From the NCBI GenBank assembly GCA_964481145.1, contig CAYZTA010000024.1:9729-73728 (forward strand): a DNA stretch of 64,000 nt, read 5' to 3'. The DNA is from an uncultured Sandaracinus sp. Lineage in GTDB: Bacteria; Myxococcota_A; Polyangia; Polyangiales; Sandaracinaceae. Numbering within the stretch: the stretch's first letter is position 1; each line of letters begins with the position of its first letter. Both the position numbers and the translations under genes were made by a program. Positions 1 through 10,295 of the stretch are shown piece after piece. The notes beneath the pieces are model-generated. The model made no database searches and was not told where the DNA came from. It saw nothing but the letters and a program-made list of their open reading frames with translations.

Positions 1-19
1 CACACGTCGGAGAAGTGCA

Positions 20-1621
20 GTGAATTACCTCGAAGGCCGGCGCACTTGGTTCGGATGGTTCTTCACGCAAGACCACAAGCGCATCGGAGTCATGTTTCTG
101 ATCGCCACGGCGTGTGCGCTGGCGTTGGGAGGCTTCTTCGCGCTCGCGCTTCGACTGGAGCTCGCCACCCCCGAAGCGGACCTCGTCACGCCTGCCATCT
201 ACAACCGACTCTTCACGATGCACGGCGTGATCATGGTCTGGCTCTTCATGATCCCCGCGATCCCATCGGGCTTCGGAAACTTCCTCGTCCCCTTGATGAT
301 CGGCGCCCGCGACGTCGCCTTTCCTCGCCTCAATCTCGCGAGCTTTTGGCTCTACGTCCTCGGCGCCCTCATCACCGTGATTGGCATGTTCGCGGGCGGC
401 GCCGACACAGGATGGACATTCTACGTCCCTTACGCATCGAGCTCGCCGACCGTCGTCATCCCGATCCTCGTGGGCGTGTTCGTCCTCGGCATCTCATCCA
501 TCTTCTCCGGGCTCAACTTCATCACCACCATCCACACCCTTCGAACGGAGCACCTGCGATGGCGTGACCTTCCGCTCTTCGTGTGGACGATTTATGCGAC
601 GAGCATCATCCTCGTGATTGCCACGCCGGTGCTCGGCATGACGCTCGCTCTCGTGGCGCTCGACGCGGGCTTCGATCTCAGCGTCTTCGATGCCGCTCGC
701 GGCGGCGATCCGATCCTCTATCAGCACCTCTTCTGGTTCTACTCTCATCCTGCCGTCTACATCATGGTGCTCCCTGCGATGGGGGTGATCACCGAAGTGG
801 TGTGCACGTTCTCGCGCCGCAATCCGCTCAGCTATCGCGTCCTCGTCGTGTCCACGCTCGGGATCGCGTTCGTCGGATTTCTGGCCTGGGGACACCACAT
901 GTTCACCGCCGGGATGAGCACGCTCGGGGTCGCCGCGTTCGGCATTCTCTCGATGCTCGTCTCGGTCTTCAGCGCGATCAAAGTCTTCACTTGGGTGGGG
1001 ACGTTGTGGCGAGGTTCGATCTCGCTCACCACCCCCTTCGTGTACGCGAGCGCGTTCCTCTTTCTTTTTTTGTTCGGTGGAATGTCGGGGATCGCCGTTG
1101 CCACCACGAGCCTCGATGTGCATTGGCACGACACCTATTTCGTCGTGGCTCATTTCCATTTCATCATGGTCGGCGGAACGCTGACCGCGTACCTCGCTGC
1201 GCTCCATTACTGGTTTCCCAAAATCACGGGCCGACGTTATCCGGAACGATGGGGGATGAGCGGCGCCGTGATGGTGTTTTGGGGCTTCCTTGCCACCTTC
1301 ACGCCGCAGTTCCTGCTCGGCAATGCCGGCATGCCGCGTCGATACGCGACGTATCCGGCCGAATATCAGGCGCTCCACGCGATCAGCACCGCGGGCTCGT
1401 GGGTGCTCGGCGCGGGGCTCGTGCTGACGCTCATCGTGTTGCTCATCGCGTTTGTCCGTGGACCGCGTCCTCCCCCCACCCCGGGGGCCCCGCCGCATTC
1501 CTTAGGCCCCACCCCTCCCCCACCGCCCGTTCACAACTGGGGGACGACACCTACTTTCGAGCGAGGTGTCTATGACTACACCACGCTCATCATCGAGCCT
1601 CATGCGACCCAGCATCGCTGA
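20..1621 (+). CDS. ctaD: heme-copper (cytochrome c) oxidase subunit I
   Basis: 533-aa ORF with hallmark subunit-I motifs: 'FFTQDHKRIGVMFL', 'TMHGVIMVWLFMIPA', 'GFGNFLVPLMIGARDVAFPRLN', 'GHHMFT' and 'VVAHFHFIMVGG'. The GTG start overlaps a TGA at 21-23, which is probably the end of an off-window upstream gene. Confidence 0.93.
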   Translation: MNYLEGRRTWFGWFFTQDHKRIGVMFLIATACALALGGFFALALRLELATPEADLVTPAIYNRLFTMHGVIMVWLFMIPAIPSGFGNFLVPLMIGARDVAFPRLNLASFWLYVLGALITVIGMFAGGADTGWTFYVPYASSSPTVVIPILVGVFVLGISSIFSGLNFITTIHTLRTEHLRWRDLPLFVWTIYATSIILVIATPVLGMTLALVALDAGFDLSVFDAARGGDPILYQHLFWFYSHPAVYIMVLPAMGVITEVVCTFSRRNPLSYRVLVVSTLGIAFVGFLAWGHHMFTAGMSTLGVAAFGILSMLVSVFSAIKVFTWVGTLWRGSISLTTPFVYASAFLFLFLFGGMSGIAVATTSLDVHWHDTYFVVAHFHFIMVGGTLTAYLAALHYWFPKITGRRYPERWGMSGAVMVFWGFLATFTPQFLLGNAGMPRRYATYPAEYQALHAISTAGSWVLGAGLVLTLIVLLIAFVRGPRPPPTPGAPPHSLGPTPPPPPVHNWGTTPTFERGVYDYTTLIIEPHATQHR

Positions 1622-1871
1622 ACCCTTCGTCACGCTCGAGCAACAAGCGCACGCCGTGCGAGTCGGCATGTGGGCCTTTTTGGCGAGCGAAGTCCTCCTC
1701 TTCGCCGGGCTCTTTGCGCTCATAGCGGGTCAGGCGATTCACTTTCCTCATGGATATGAGTTCATGAGACTCTCGAGGGCATCCAACACCATCCGCATCG
1801 CTGCCCTCGGTTGTCTCGGGTTTGTGTTCTTGCTCCTTGGTTTCGTATCCTTGGATGTCGCGACGCGTTGA
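1566..1871 (+). pseudogene. truncated cytochrome c oxidase subunit III (N-terminal ~1/2 only)
   Basis: The ORF overlaps the ctaD stop. 'LEQQAHAVRVGMWAFLASEVLLFAGLFAL' matches the conserved first helix region of subunit III. The ORF ends after about 100 aa, whereas the family is about 190-290 aa. An alternative ATG lies at 1602. Confidence 0.6.
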
Positions 1872-1898
1872 GCCGAACGAAACGCAGAGCCATTCTGC

Positions 1899-2810
1899 TC
1901 AATCTTCGAGATGGCCGAACTTACCTGAGCTGAAATCGTCGAACGCCTGCACGATCTCTTCGCGCGTGTTCATCACGAAAGGGCCGTACTGAGCGATGGA
2001 TTCGAGGATGGGCTCGCCGCTCATCAAAAGAAGCTGCGCTTCGACCTCCGCCTCGATATGCACACGTTCACCAGTGTTTTTGAACGTGACGAAATCATGG
2101 AGCCGCGCCGAGCGTCCTTGGACGTTCACGTCTCCCTTCATCACGAGGAGCCCCACATTCCACGAAGAAGGAAAATCGAAATCCACGTTTCCTTTCGCGT
2201 TCAATCGCACATCGAAGAGGCCAATCGGCGAGAATGTCTTCGCCGGACCGAGCACCCCTTGATACTCCCCCGCGATGACTCGCACCGAGCCTGCATCATC
2301 CGCCAAGTCGACGTGACCCATCTGCTCCGCGAGAAGTGCCTGATAGCGCGGAGGAGCCATCTTGTGCTTTTTCGGAAGATTCACCCAGAGCTGCGCCATG
2401 TGGAACGGCCCACCGCGCCGAGCATAATTCTCTTCGTGATACTCCTTGTGAAGCACGCCAGAGGCAGCCGTCATCCACTGCACGTCTCCCGGCCCAATCA
2501 CGCCGCCGCCACCCGCGCTGTCGTGATGCGCCACGCTGCCCTGCCATGCGATTGTCACGGTCTCGAAGCCGCGATGCGGATGCACGCCGACGCCCCGAGG
2601 ACGGCTCGTCGGTGAGTAGTCATACGCAGGATGATAATCGAGCAGCAGAAACGGATTCAGTCTCCGCACGGCCTCCGGAATGTTCGAAAAATAGCCGGCG
2701 ACCCGAAATCCATCGCCGACCCAATGCACGCCAGGTGCTTCGAAAATACCATCGATTTCGCGCATGGTTTTCATCGCGTGCGAAGTCGTGTGCTCCGGTT
2801 GAGTGTTCAT
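1899..2810 (-). CDS. pirin family protein (cupin)
   Basis: Pirin signature 'GVHPHRGFETVTIAWQGSVAHHDSAGGGGVIGPGDVQWMTAASGVLHKEYH'. I placed the start at ATG 2810, which is preceded by GGAG. The ORF is open to 2876. Confidence 0.9.
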   Translation of the reverse strand: MNTQPEHTTSHAMKTMREIDGIFEAPGVHWVGDGFRVAGYFSNIPEAVRRLNPFLLLDYHPAYDYSPTSRPRGVGVHPHRGFETVTIAWQGSVAHHDSAGGGGVIGPGDVQWMTAASGVLHKEYHEENYARRGGPFHMAQLWVNLPKKHKMAPPRYQALLAEQMGHVDLADDAGSVRVIAGEYQGVLGPAKTFSPIGLFDVRLNAKGNVDFDFPSSWNVGLLVMKGDVNVQGRSARLHDFVTFKNTGERVHIEAEVEAQLLLMSGEPILESIAQYGPFVMNTREEIVQAFDDFSSGKFGHLED

Positions 2811-2907
2811 ACTTGCATCTCCTATGCAGGCAAGATGACCAGTGGGCGCCTTAGAAACAAGATTCATCCATGGCATTCACTGTTCCATATGCAATCACAA
2901 TCCGTGA

Positions 2908-5900
2908 TCACGACCATGAGGTCGATTGAGTTCGGGGGTCGTGCGTGACAGTGGGGATCGTGAAGTAAAAGGTGCTGCCTTCGCCGAGTGTACTTTCGGC
3001 CCAAATGCGCCCTCCGTGGGCTTCGACGAGCCCCTTTACAATGGGCAACCCAAGCCCCGCGCCGCGGCGTTCTGACTTGCGTGTCTGCCAGAACCGTTCG
3101 AACACGTGCGGCAAATCGTCTGGATAGATCCCCATCCCAGTGTCCGTTACCCAAAACAGAACAGAATCAGCTCTCGACTTCGCACCCACCGTGATGCACC
3201 CCCCCGGCTTCGTGAATTTGATCGCATTTCCGATGAGGTTATCGAAAATCTGGAAAAGGCGATCGCGATCACCCCATACGTCTTCGAGTACGGGCGTCAT
3301 CTCGGAACGTAAATGGACTGCGGCTGAGCTTGCGATGAGCTTCTGAGCATCGATACAGTCCAGCACGATTTGCCGTGAGGGCACACGGTCTGGCTCGATG
3401 ATGAGACGGCCACCTTCGATTCGTGTGACGTCGAGCAGGTCACGAATGAGACGATTCATGCGGTTGACCGAACGTTCGATCATCTCCGCTGACTTCGTGG
3501 GCGATTGATTCGAGACAGCTCCCGATCGTTGGAGGAGATTGGCCTGCATGAGAATCGCATTCAGAGGATTTCGAAGATCATGAGCCACAATCCCGAGCAC
3601 CTCGTCCCGTGAATCGATTGCGCGTTGCGCAATCTGATAGAGACGAGCGCTGTCGACGGCGAGTGCTGCTCGAAATGCTGCCTTTTCGATCAATCGAACA
3701 TCCACATCTGTATAAAAGCGCCCCTGAGAGCGAATCACGGTCATGGATCCAACGATTCGTCCATGCGCCAAAAGGGGGACCGCCACGAGCGAGCTCACTT
3801 CGAGCTCATGGAGGATTTGCCGATGCTCCTCGCTTTGGGCGAGAGCGTCCAGATACTCCGTCGTGATGTGTGAGATCAAAAAAGGCTTTTTGGTTTCGAA
3901 GACGTCGGAGCCGAGATAAGGCTGACGTCGATCGAGTTCCACGTTCTGGAGCCTCTGCGCGAGCACGGCTTTGTTCGGATCGCGATGCACAGCGACGAGG
4001 CGACGAATCTTTCCATCCTCTTCGGTCACATCGACGACGCAGAGGTCGGCAAGATCCGTGGCCACGAGTCTTGCGACGTTTCGTGCTGTCTCTTGGTAGT
4101 CGAGTGTCAATGCGAGTTCGGATCCGAACTCTGCAAGAAAGCTTTGCTCCTTTTCGACCCGCTTCTGTTCTGTGATGTCGCGAAGTGCCACGGTGAGGAT
4201 CTTCGTCCCGTCCACTTCAAGCTTCGAAATGGCGGCATCGATGGAGAACTCTTCACCGTTCTTTCGTAAGCCCGAAAGAGCGCGATGACCCGTGCGTCGC
4301 GCGGTGTCCGGTCCCAGTGCGAATCTCTTGACGTGTTCGTGGTGGAGCGCTCGAAATCGTTTGGCAATCAAGATATCCAGGGGCGCACCAATGGCTTCCT
4401 CTTTCGAATACCCGAAGGTCTTTTCAGCACCTTCGTTGAAGAGAGTGATCCGCTGCTCCTCGTCGATCGAGATGATCGCATCTGCAGAAATCGAAACGAT
4501 TCCTGATGACTTTGCTTCTGCGATGCGAAGCGCTTCTTCGCGTTGCTTGCGTTCGGTGATGTCGTGAGTAATCCCAAATCCACTCAAAAAATTTCCATGT
4601 TCATCGAATTCGAGGTTGGCCTTCTCGCGCACCCATTTGATTCGTCCCTCGGCGATGATTCGATATTCGATGTCGTAAAGTTGCCCGTGCACGGCATGGG
4701 TCCATGCTTCATTGACACATGACCTGTCATCCGGATGAACACACGAAATGAACCTCTCGTGGGTCATCGGAGTCCCAAGCGGCACTCCGAAAATACGATA
4801 GGCTTCGGCGGACCAACACAACGCTTCGGTTCCTAGGTCGATTCGCCAACTGCCAATATTCGCCACGGCTTGTGCGCGATTGAGATCGTCGTTGCTACGT
4901 TGAAGAGATTTCTCGAGCTGCTTTCGTTCACTCACGTCGCGCACGAGTGCCTGCCATCGGCCGTCGGGAAGAATGTTCGAGCTGACTTCGACAGGCAGAA
5001 GAGTGCCGTCTTTCTTCCGCATCTTCCATTCGCCGACCACCACTTCGCCTTTGAGCATTTGGGATTTTGACCATAGAAGTCGTTCGATATCCTCCGCGGG
5101 AAGCAGTTCGACAATGGGTTTGCCCACGATCTCCTCGCGAGAGTAACCGAACATTTGACATCCGGTGGAGTTGACATCCGTATAGTATCCCTCGAGGTTT
5201 GCGATGAAGATTCCGTCTGGGGCTTGCTCGATGAGAGCTCGAGTCTGCATTCGACTCACCTCGAGCGCTTCGTGAACTCGATTCAAGGGAACCGCCGTGA
5301 CGATGAGCAGGAAAAGCCCCAACATGGTCATGGCCGACGCGAGAATGGCAAGCACCGTCGAGAGCTCCTCGACATCGAGCAGCCTCATCTCATGGGTCAC
5401 GACCAGGCCGACCAGCACGGGAGCCAGCATGGACGGGAGCACGAGACGCCTCAGCAACACACCTCCCGGACCTTCAGAAGTGACGACACGCATCACTCCT
5501 CTCGTCGGACGCTCGAACAAGAGCCCCAAAGAAATCGAGAGTAAGGCAATCGCCGCTGGCAGCGCCACCCCGGCGGTGGGGACACGAGGCCACCTGTAGA
5601 GCAGCCCCGTATTGAAAGCGAATCCGAGGAGTGCAGTGAACGCTGTGAAGCCGGCACCAAGGATCAACCATTCCGATGGACGTGTGCGTGCTGTGGGGCG
5701 GAGATCGAAAACGAGCAATGCGCTCGAAAGGAAGGTCAGAGCCAACGCGGTCATGGGCGCAGGACGCCCAATGCGTGGATCTGCATCGTGTCCGAGGAAG
5801 AGCTGGTTGATTCTCAAATCGAGATTGAGCGCATATTCGGCGAGCGTCCCAAGGCCGATCGTAAGAACCACCGTTGCGGCCAGCACAGACAGGATCCACT

Positions 5901-6240
5901 GTGGGCCTCTGATGTCTTTGCGAGCACGCAAAGCCCCTGCGATGCCCATCAACAATATGGCGAAAGCGGCGTTCGGGTACATCTGCGGCCGGTTCGGTAG
6001 GATGGCCGTCAGAAAAGTCGTTCCCACGGCACCGCTCAGCAGGCCAAAAGCGCCGATCGCGGCGCCCACGAAGCAGAGCCAGCGGCCCGTTCGCACGTAA
6101 CGAGAGTGCGATTCTTGCCCAGCATCACGAGCCGTGGGAGTTGCCGAGATGAGTCGCGAGTCCGTTTTGGGATCTCGATGACTCGACAGAACCATTCCTT
6201 GTGCCGTCCGAAGCTCAGCCATATTTGACACATGAGGCAA
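2908..6240 (-). CDS. membrane sensor histidine kinase (multi-TM N-domain, 3x PAS, GAF, HisKA, HATPase_c)
   Basis: 1110-aa ORF with about 8 hydrophobic helices at the N-terminus. Three PAS-like blocks follow ('APDGIFIANLEGYYTDVN', 'IGSWRIDL..YRIFG', 'ADAIISIDEEQRITLFN'), then a GAF-like block. The H-box is 'LGIVAHDLRNPLN', the N-box 'DNLIGNAIKFT' and the G-boxes 'DTGMGI' and 'GAGLGLPIV'. The exact start is uncertain. Confidence 0.9.
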   Translation of the reverse strand: MPHVSNMAELRTAQGMVLSSHRDPKTDSRLISATPTARDAGQESHSRYVRTGRWLCFVGAAIGAFGLLSGAVGTTFLTAILPNRPQMYPNAAFAILLMGIAGALRARKDIRGPQWILSVLAATVVLTIGLGTLAEYALNLDLRINQLFLGHDADPRIGRPAPMTALALTFLSSALLVFDLRPTARTRPSEWLILGAGFTAFTALLGFAFNTGLLYRWPRVPTAGVALPAAIALLSISLGLLFERPTRGVMRVVTSEGPGGVLLRRLVLPSMLAPVLVGLVVTHEMRLLDVEELSTVLAILASAMTMLGLFLLIVTAVPLNRVHEALEVSRMQTRALIEQAPDGIFIANLEGYYTDVNSTGCQMFGYSREEIVGKPIVELLPAEDIERLLWSKSQMLKGEVVVGEWKMRKKDGTLLPVEVSSNILPDGRWQALVRDVSERKQLEKSLQRSNDDLNRAQAVANIGSWRIDLGTEALCWSAEAYRIFGVPLGTPMTHERFISCVHPDDRSCVNEAWTHAVHGQLYDIEYRIIAEGRIKWVREKANLEFDEHGNFLSGFGITHDITERKQREEALRIAEAKSSGIVSISADAIISIDEEQRITLFNEGAEKTFGYSKEEAIGAPLDILIAKRFRALHHEHVKRFALGPDTARRTGHRALSGLRKNGEEFSIDAAISKLEVDGTKILTVALRDITEQKRVEKEQSFLAEFGSELALTLDYQETARNVARLVATDLADLCVVDVTEEDGKIRRLVAVHRDPNKAVLAQRLQNVELDRRQPYLGSDVFETKKPFLISHITTEYLDALAQSEEHRQILHELEVSSLVAVPLLAHGRIVGSMTVIRSQGRFYTDVDVRLIEKAAFRAALAVDSARLYQIAQRAIDSRDEVLGIVAHDLRNPLNAILMQANLLQRSGAVSNQSPTKSAEMIERSVNRMNRLIRDLLDVTRIEGGRLIIEPDRVPSRQIVLDCIDAQKLIASSAAVHLRSEMTPVLEDVWGDRDRLFQIFDNLIGNAIKFTKPGGCITVGAKSRADSVLFWVTDTGMGIYPDDLPHVFERFWQTRKSERRGAGLGLPIVKGLVEAHGGRIWAESTLGEGSTFYFTIPTVTHDPRTQSTSWS

Positions 6241-6300
6241 AAAGGAACTCGTGAATTATTGCGACGTGCGCAAAGATTCATGAGTTCGTGCAGCAGAGTG

Positions 6301-7557
6301 TCAATCGCCCAATATCGATTTTACGAGACGGAGATCGTCACGCAACATTCGCGGAAGAAGGAACGCGCTTCGAACGTGCTCCCGAGCTGCTCGACCAAAC
6401 GTGTGGCGCGCCGCCGGATTCGAGAGAAGCTCGATCATACGAGCGGCGCATGTGTCGACACTGTCAACGAGATAGCGATCGTAGCCCGCTGGAAACTGCA
6501 TCGGAATGCCTCCTGCGCGTCCAGCGACCACGGGTCTGGCTTTCCAGAACGACTCAGAAACCACCAAACCAAATCCTTCTCGCAGTGATTTTTGAATGAC
6601 CAGATCGCATGCCCGCTGAAACGCGTTGACCTCCATGCTCCCCACGCCAGCGAGATTGGTGAACACGTAAATGTTTGGATCCCCGTCGACCTCTCTTTGT
6701 ACGAGCGCGTGGATTTGCCAACCTTCCGGATCATCTCCTGCGACTGCCCCGACGAGTGCGAGTTGGAGCCCTTGGATTTCTTTTTTTGCGATTCGATATG
6801 CGTGGATCGCTCCCATCGGGTCTTTCCAAGGATCGAAGCGCGAGACTTGAACCACGAGGGGGCGATGAACATCGACTCCCGCGTTGGCGATGACTTCGCG
6901 GCAAAGTGCCTCAGACAATTCCATGTTTTTGGTGGAAAAAGGATCGATCGCCGGAGCGATGAAGGCGATTCTCTTGCCCTCGAGTCCCGGAAGCACGAAC
7001 TCCTTCATCGTGAACACGATGGCGTCGTAGCTCCGGAGATACGGCAATAGAAAAGACGCGACTTCCTTGTTTGGAGCTGACGTGTCGATATGACAACGCC
7101 AGATCCATTTCGCGTCTCTCCGCCCCGCCGCCTCTCGGAATGCCGCGGGTTGGGGATCGTGAACGATGAACACGTCGTAGTGATCTTCGAGACAGTTTGC
7201 GCTCTCGCGGTTCACATGCAGATAAATCGCTTTGTCCATCTCGGACAGTGGATAGGAAGCGCCTTGGAGAGCGTTGTGGATTGATTTCGTGACCTGAAAG
7301 AACTCCGGCGTACCTTGGATGAGTCGCCAGTTTGCGTTGAGTCCGAGTGCACGTGAGAGCGGCACGAGACGCGAGAGGAGTTCGGCGACACCACCGCCGA
7401 AGCCGGTAGAGTTCAAGTGACATATACGAACTCCGCGCAGCTCACGTGCGAGTTGCTCGATTTCATCGATGGTCTCGTCATCGGTGATGCGCCGATAGTT
7501 CTCGACGTTGGTGAACGGCGCAGAGCAGAACGGATGAACCGACACTTTAGGCAACAT
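6301..7557 (-). CDS. GT4 glycosyltransferase, TreT-like trehalose synthase family
   Basis: 418-aa ORF. The N-terminus 'LNSTGFGGGVAELLSRLVPLSRALGLNANWRLIQGTPEFFQVTKSIHNALQG' resembles trehalose glycosyltransferring synthases. The C-terminus has the GT-B E-x7-E region 'QKSLREGFGLVVSESFWK'. Confidence 0.75.
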   Translation of the reverse strand: MLPKVSVHPFCSAPFTNVENYRRITDDETIDEIEQLARELRGVRICHLNSTGFGGGVAELLSRLVPLSRALGLNANWRLIQGTPEFFQVTKSIHNALQGASYPLSEMDKAIYLHVNRESANCLEDHYDVFIVHDPQPAAFREAAGRRDAKWIWRCHIDTSAPNKEVASFLLPYLRSYDAIVFTMKEFVLPGLEGKRIAFIAPAIDPFSTKNMELSEALCREVIANAGVDVHRPLVVQVSRFDPWKDPMGAIHAYRIAKKEIQGLQLALVGAVAGDDPEGWQIHALVQREVDGDPNIYVFTNLAGVGSMEVNAFQRACDLVIQKSLREGFGLVVSESFWKARPVVAGRAGGIPMQFPAGYDRYLVDSVDTCAARMIELLSNPAARHTFGRAAREHVRSAFLLPRMLRDDLRLVKSILGD

Positions 7558-7609
7558 ACGTTCATTTCACGCACGATCTGTGCCTAAGGGCCCGGGTATG
7601 CCGTCTCGA

Positions 7610-8269
7610 TCAGTCCGCGAAAGCGATCGGTAAAGAAATGATCCAGAGGAGGCTTCCGAAAAGGACGAGCAAAGAGAAGACCGACAGCACACGTCGCGCT
7701 CGTTTGCGTGCGAGCTTCTCGCTGAGACCCGCGAGTGATGAAGACGCGCTCAACAGGACAGTCATCATCGCATAGTTGTCACTCGTGGAGTTATATGCCA
7801 TGGCTCGTTGTCCCGAGCGCGATGATTGTTCGAGGAGCTCGTCTCCATGTCGTGTTTCGGCACGTTCATATTCGGGCATCGTGAAAGGCGTGTGCGGTGC
7901 CCCTTCGGGGTCTTGTTGACGTGCATACGTCCATGCCTCGAACGCTCGTTTCATGATCGGACGAAAACTTTCTCGATAGAACTGCGCCGTTTCCGTATCT
8001 CCTTGGTGCTCGGATTCGTGATACTGAATGAATGTGGCGATATCGAGCATCGAATGCTGATTGCTTATCAAATGCGCCTCCGTGGCTCGCATTTGCGCAC
8101 CCATGGTCTCGACAATCGCAAACGCCTGACGGCCTCCCCAAAGCGTGGATTGGAAAGCACACCACGCCGTTGCGAGTGTCGCCACCGTCACGATAGCCAC
8201 AGTATAACGTCCCGTGCCTCGAAGCTCTTCCGGGATCTCAGGCGGTTCGAAGTCACCCACGTGTCTCAC
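7610..8269 (-). CDS. hypothetical membrane protein (one N- and one C-terminal TM helix)
   Basis: The ORF is open to 8416, but that would overlap the divergent transporter. A GTG at 8269 precedes the TM helix 'YTVAIVTVATLATAWCAF'. A second TM helix, 'VLSVFSLLVLFGSLLWIISL', lies at the C-terminus. I did not recognise a family. Confidence 0.5.
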   Translation of the reverse strand: MRHVGDFEPPEIPEELRGTGRYTVAIVTVATLATAWCAFQSTLWGGRQAFAIVETMGAQMRATEAHLISNQHSMLDIATFIQYHESEHQGDTETAQFYRESFRPIMKRAFEAWTYARQQDPEGAPHTPFTMPEYERAETRHGDELLEQSSRSGQRAMAYNSTSDNYAMMTVLLSASSSLAGLSEKLARKRARRVLSVFSLLVLFGSLLWIISLPIAFAD

Positions 8270-8380
8270 GTCGATTGCATTGCGCGGACCACTCCACGGC
8301 ACTCGTAGGAGCCACAGGCGATGGCATACAGTTCGCGTCACGAAGAGGGGAGAGTGCTCGCTCGATTTTGAAAGCGACTC

Positions 8381-9280
8381 ATGGATCTCGCACAAGCATT
8401 CCTGATCGCCTTCCATATCACGATCGCCGCGGTCGTCTTTGCGACGGGGCTCGCGACGAAGACCTCAGATCTCGCATATCTTGCCCATCGTCCGAAGCTC
8501 CTTTTTCGTTCACTTCTCGCGATGGTGATCATTTCACCTATCTTCGCGTTGCTTCTCTTTCGCTTTCTCCCGATTGGCGCAGCGACGGCCGTCGCGATCA
8601 TCGTCAGCTCGCTTGCGCCGGGCTTGCCCACGGTGCCTCGGACGGGACAGAAAGCCGGAGGCAATTTCGCATTTGCCACGAGCTTGATGTTCACGACGGC
8701 CTCACTCGAGGTGATTACGATCCCGATCTGGCTCGCGATACTCCGCCATTTCATGAATATCGAAGTGGCGGTACCTCTCGGGTCGATCGTAAAAATCCTC
8801 GCAATCGGGCTCTTGCTTCCTTTGATCGCCGGGGTGGCAGTTCGTCATTTTGCGGCGAAATTGGCCGACCGTATCATGGGTCCCATTGCAACCTTTGCGA
8901 ATACCCTGCTCCCGGGACTTTCGCTCGTCGTGCTTCTGGTGGGCTTGAGTGCTCTGCGCCAACTCGGATGGATCTCGCTTGTCGCGATGATCCTCATGCC
9001 GCTCTTTTCACTCCTCTTGGGTCACTCGTTCGGTGGTCCCGAACCGGGTGATCGCACCGTGCTCGGCATCGCCAATGCCGGTCGATTTCCCGCTCTCGCG
9101 GCGCTGATCGCGACCACGAGCTTTCCGGAGATTCATGCGTTGCCGGCGGTCATTGCCTATGTGGTGATCTCCAATATCGTTATCTTGCCGTACGTGCGCA
9201 GACGCCGCGGTGCGCGACACACCTCGGAGGAGGAAAAGGCTTCCGAAGTTCACGGAGGTGCGCCACCGGTTCCGGCTTGA
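8381..9280 (+). CDS. bile acid:Na+ symporter (BASS/SBF)-like transporter
   Basis: 299-aa polytopic protein, hydrophobic throughout. The 'SSLAPGLPT...GGNFAFATSLMFTTASL' pattern is typical of SBF-like carriers. Confidence 0.7.
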   Translation: MDLAQAFLIAFHITIAAVVFATGLATKTSDLAYLAHRPKLLFRSLLAMVIISPIFALLLFRFLPIGAATAVAIIVSSLAPGLPTVPRTGQKAGGNFAFATSLMFTTASLEVITIPIWLAILRHFMNIEVAVPLGSIVKILAIGLLLPLIAGVAVRHFAAKLADRIMGPIATFANTLLPGLSLVVLLVGLSALRQLGWISLVAMILMPLFSLLLGHSFGGPEPGDRTVLGIANAGRFPALAALIATTSFPEIHALPAVIAYVVISNIVILPYVRRRRGARHTSEEEKASEVHGGAPPVPA

Positions 9281-9362
9281 GTAAAGGCCCGGCCCCTGAT
9301 GGCCAAGGCACGAGGAATGCAGCTCCAAGTCCGTTCAACTCTCGCTGCATGAGATTCACCTC

Positions 9363-10187
9363 ATGAACGACGCAATTTGCGGGGACAAATTCAGATCGCT
9401 CGGGATTCGATGGACCATCGGCGACGTGAGCGAGCATGGGTGGGAAGCGCTTCGCTTATCGATCCTCGGCGCCCGCCGCATCTTCGGCCCCTGCGCGCAA
9501 TACGTCGTTTGCGTCAACACGGTTTCGCTCTCGGAGGCCCGCGTGAGGATGAGTGAAGTCTCGAGTGACATTGAATGGCGCGATGTCACGCACGAACTCG
9601 ATCCCGTCATGCGAACCTATTTCGATGATGGCCTTGCTGAGGGGGTGGGTTGGAAGTTCGCTCCGATGCGCGTCTTTCACGACCGTTACGAGCTCGCACT
9701 CGACAATGATTGCATCCTCTGGCGCATGCCCGAGGCCATCCGTCATTGGCTCCATGATGCTACGGAGACTTGCGTCATCGCCGAAGATGTCCGTCCGTGC
9801 TTTGGACAGTTCGCAGAGCTCTGCGGCAGCGAGCCACGTAATTCGGGAATCCGCGGTATCCCTTCGAGTCTCGATTTGCGTGCAGTCATGACTGACGTGC
9901 TCGCCAAGCGCTCTCTGCGGCTGGAGAGTGAGCTCGACGAACAGGGCCTTCAGGTCGCGGCGGTTCGATTGTCTCGTCCGACCCACGTGGTGCGTCTCGA
10001 AGAGGTCTCGATCTGTTCACCCTTTCCACCCCACTGCGCGGAGCTCGGTACATGCGGAGCGCATTTCGTGGGTCTCAATGCGCATCACCTTCCATGGAAG
10101 CTCGACGATGGTCGCAATGCCTCAGCTCGTACACGCGAGCATTTCGAACATCTCCGCCCCGAGCTTCATCGCCGTGTCGGCCTATGA
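9363..10187 (+). CDS. hypothetical protein
   Basis: 274-aa ORF with no competing recognisable ORF. It has a possible DxD-like 'ALDNDCILW'. I did not recognise a family. Confidence 0.55.
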   Translation: MNDAICGDKFRSLGIRWTIGDVSEHGWEALRLSILGARRIFGPCAQYVVCVNTVSLSEARVRMSEVSSDIEWRDVTHELDPVMRTYFDDGLAEGVGWKFAPMRVFHDRYELALDNDCILWRMPEAIRHWLHDATETCVIAEDVRPCFGQFAELCGSEPRNSGIRGIPSSLDLRAVMTDVLAKRSLRLESELDEQGLQVAAVRLSRPTHVVRLEEVSICSPFPPHCAELGTCGAHFVGLNAHHLPWKLDDGRNASARTREHFEHLRPELHRRVGL

Positions 10188-10295
10188 CAGACATATCCAC
10201 CTGAATGGAGAAGATGTCGGATTGATACGCCGTCAATTGACGCCTTTTTCTGAAATTGAGTTGTATGCCCCATTGGTTCATGGGTACTATTGCTC

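Noticed and set aside
1440-1621. Suspected frameshift at the ctaD 3' end, because of an unusual Pro-rich tail 'PRPPPTPGAPPHSLGPTPPPPPVHNW' over homopolymer C/G runs.
   Set aside because: The family-typical 'PPP.HNW/F' and terminal 'YDY' elements are still in frame and the ORF length is normal. It is probably just a divergent tail.
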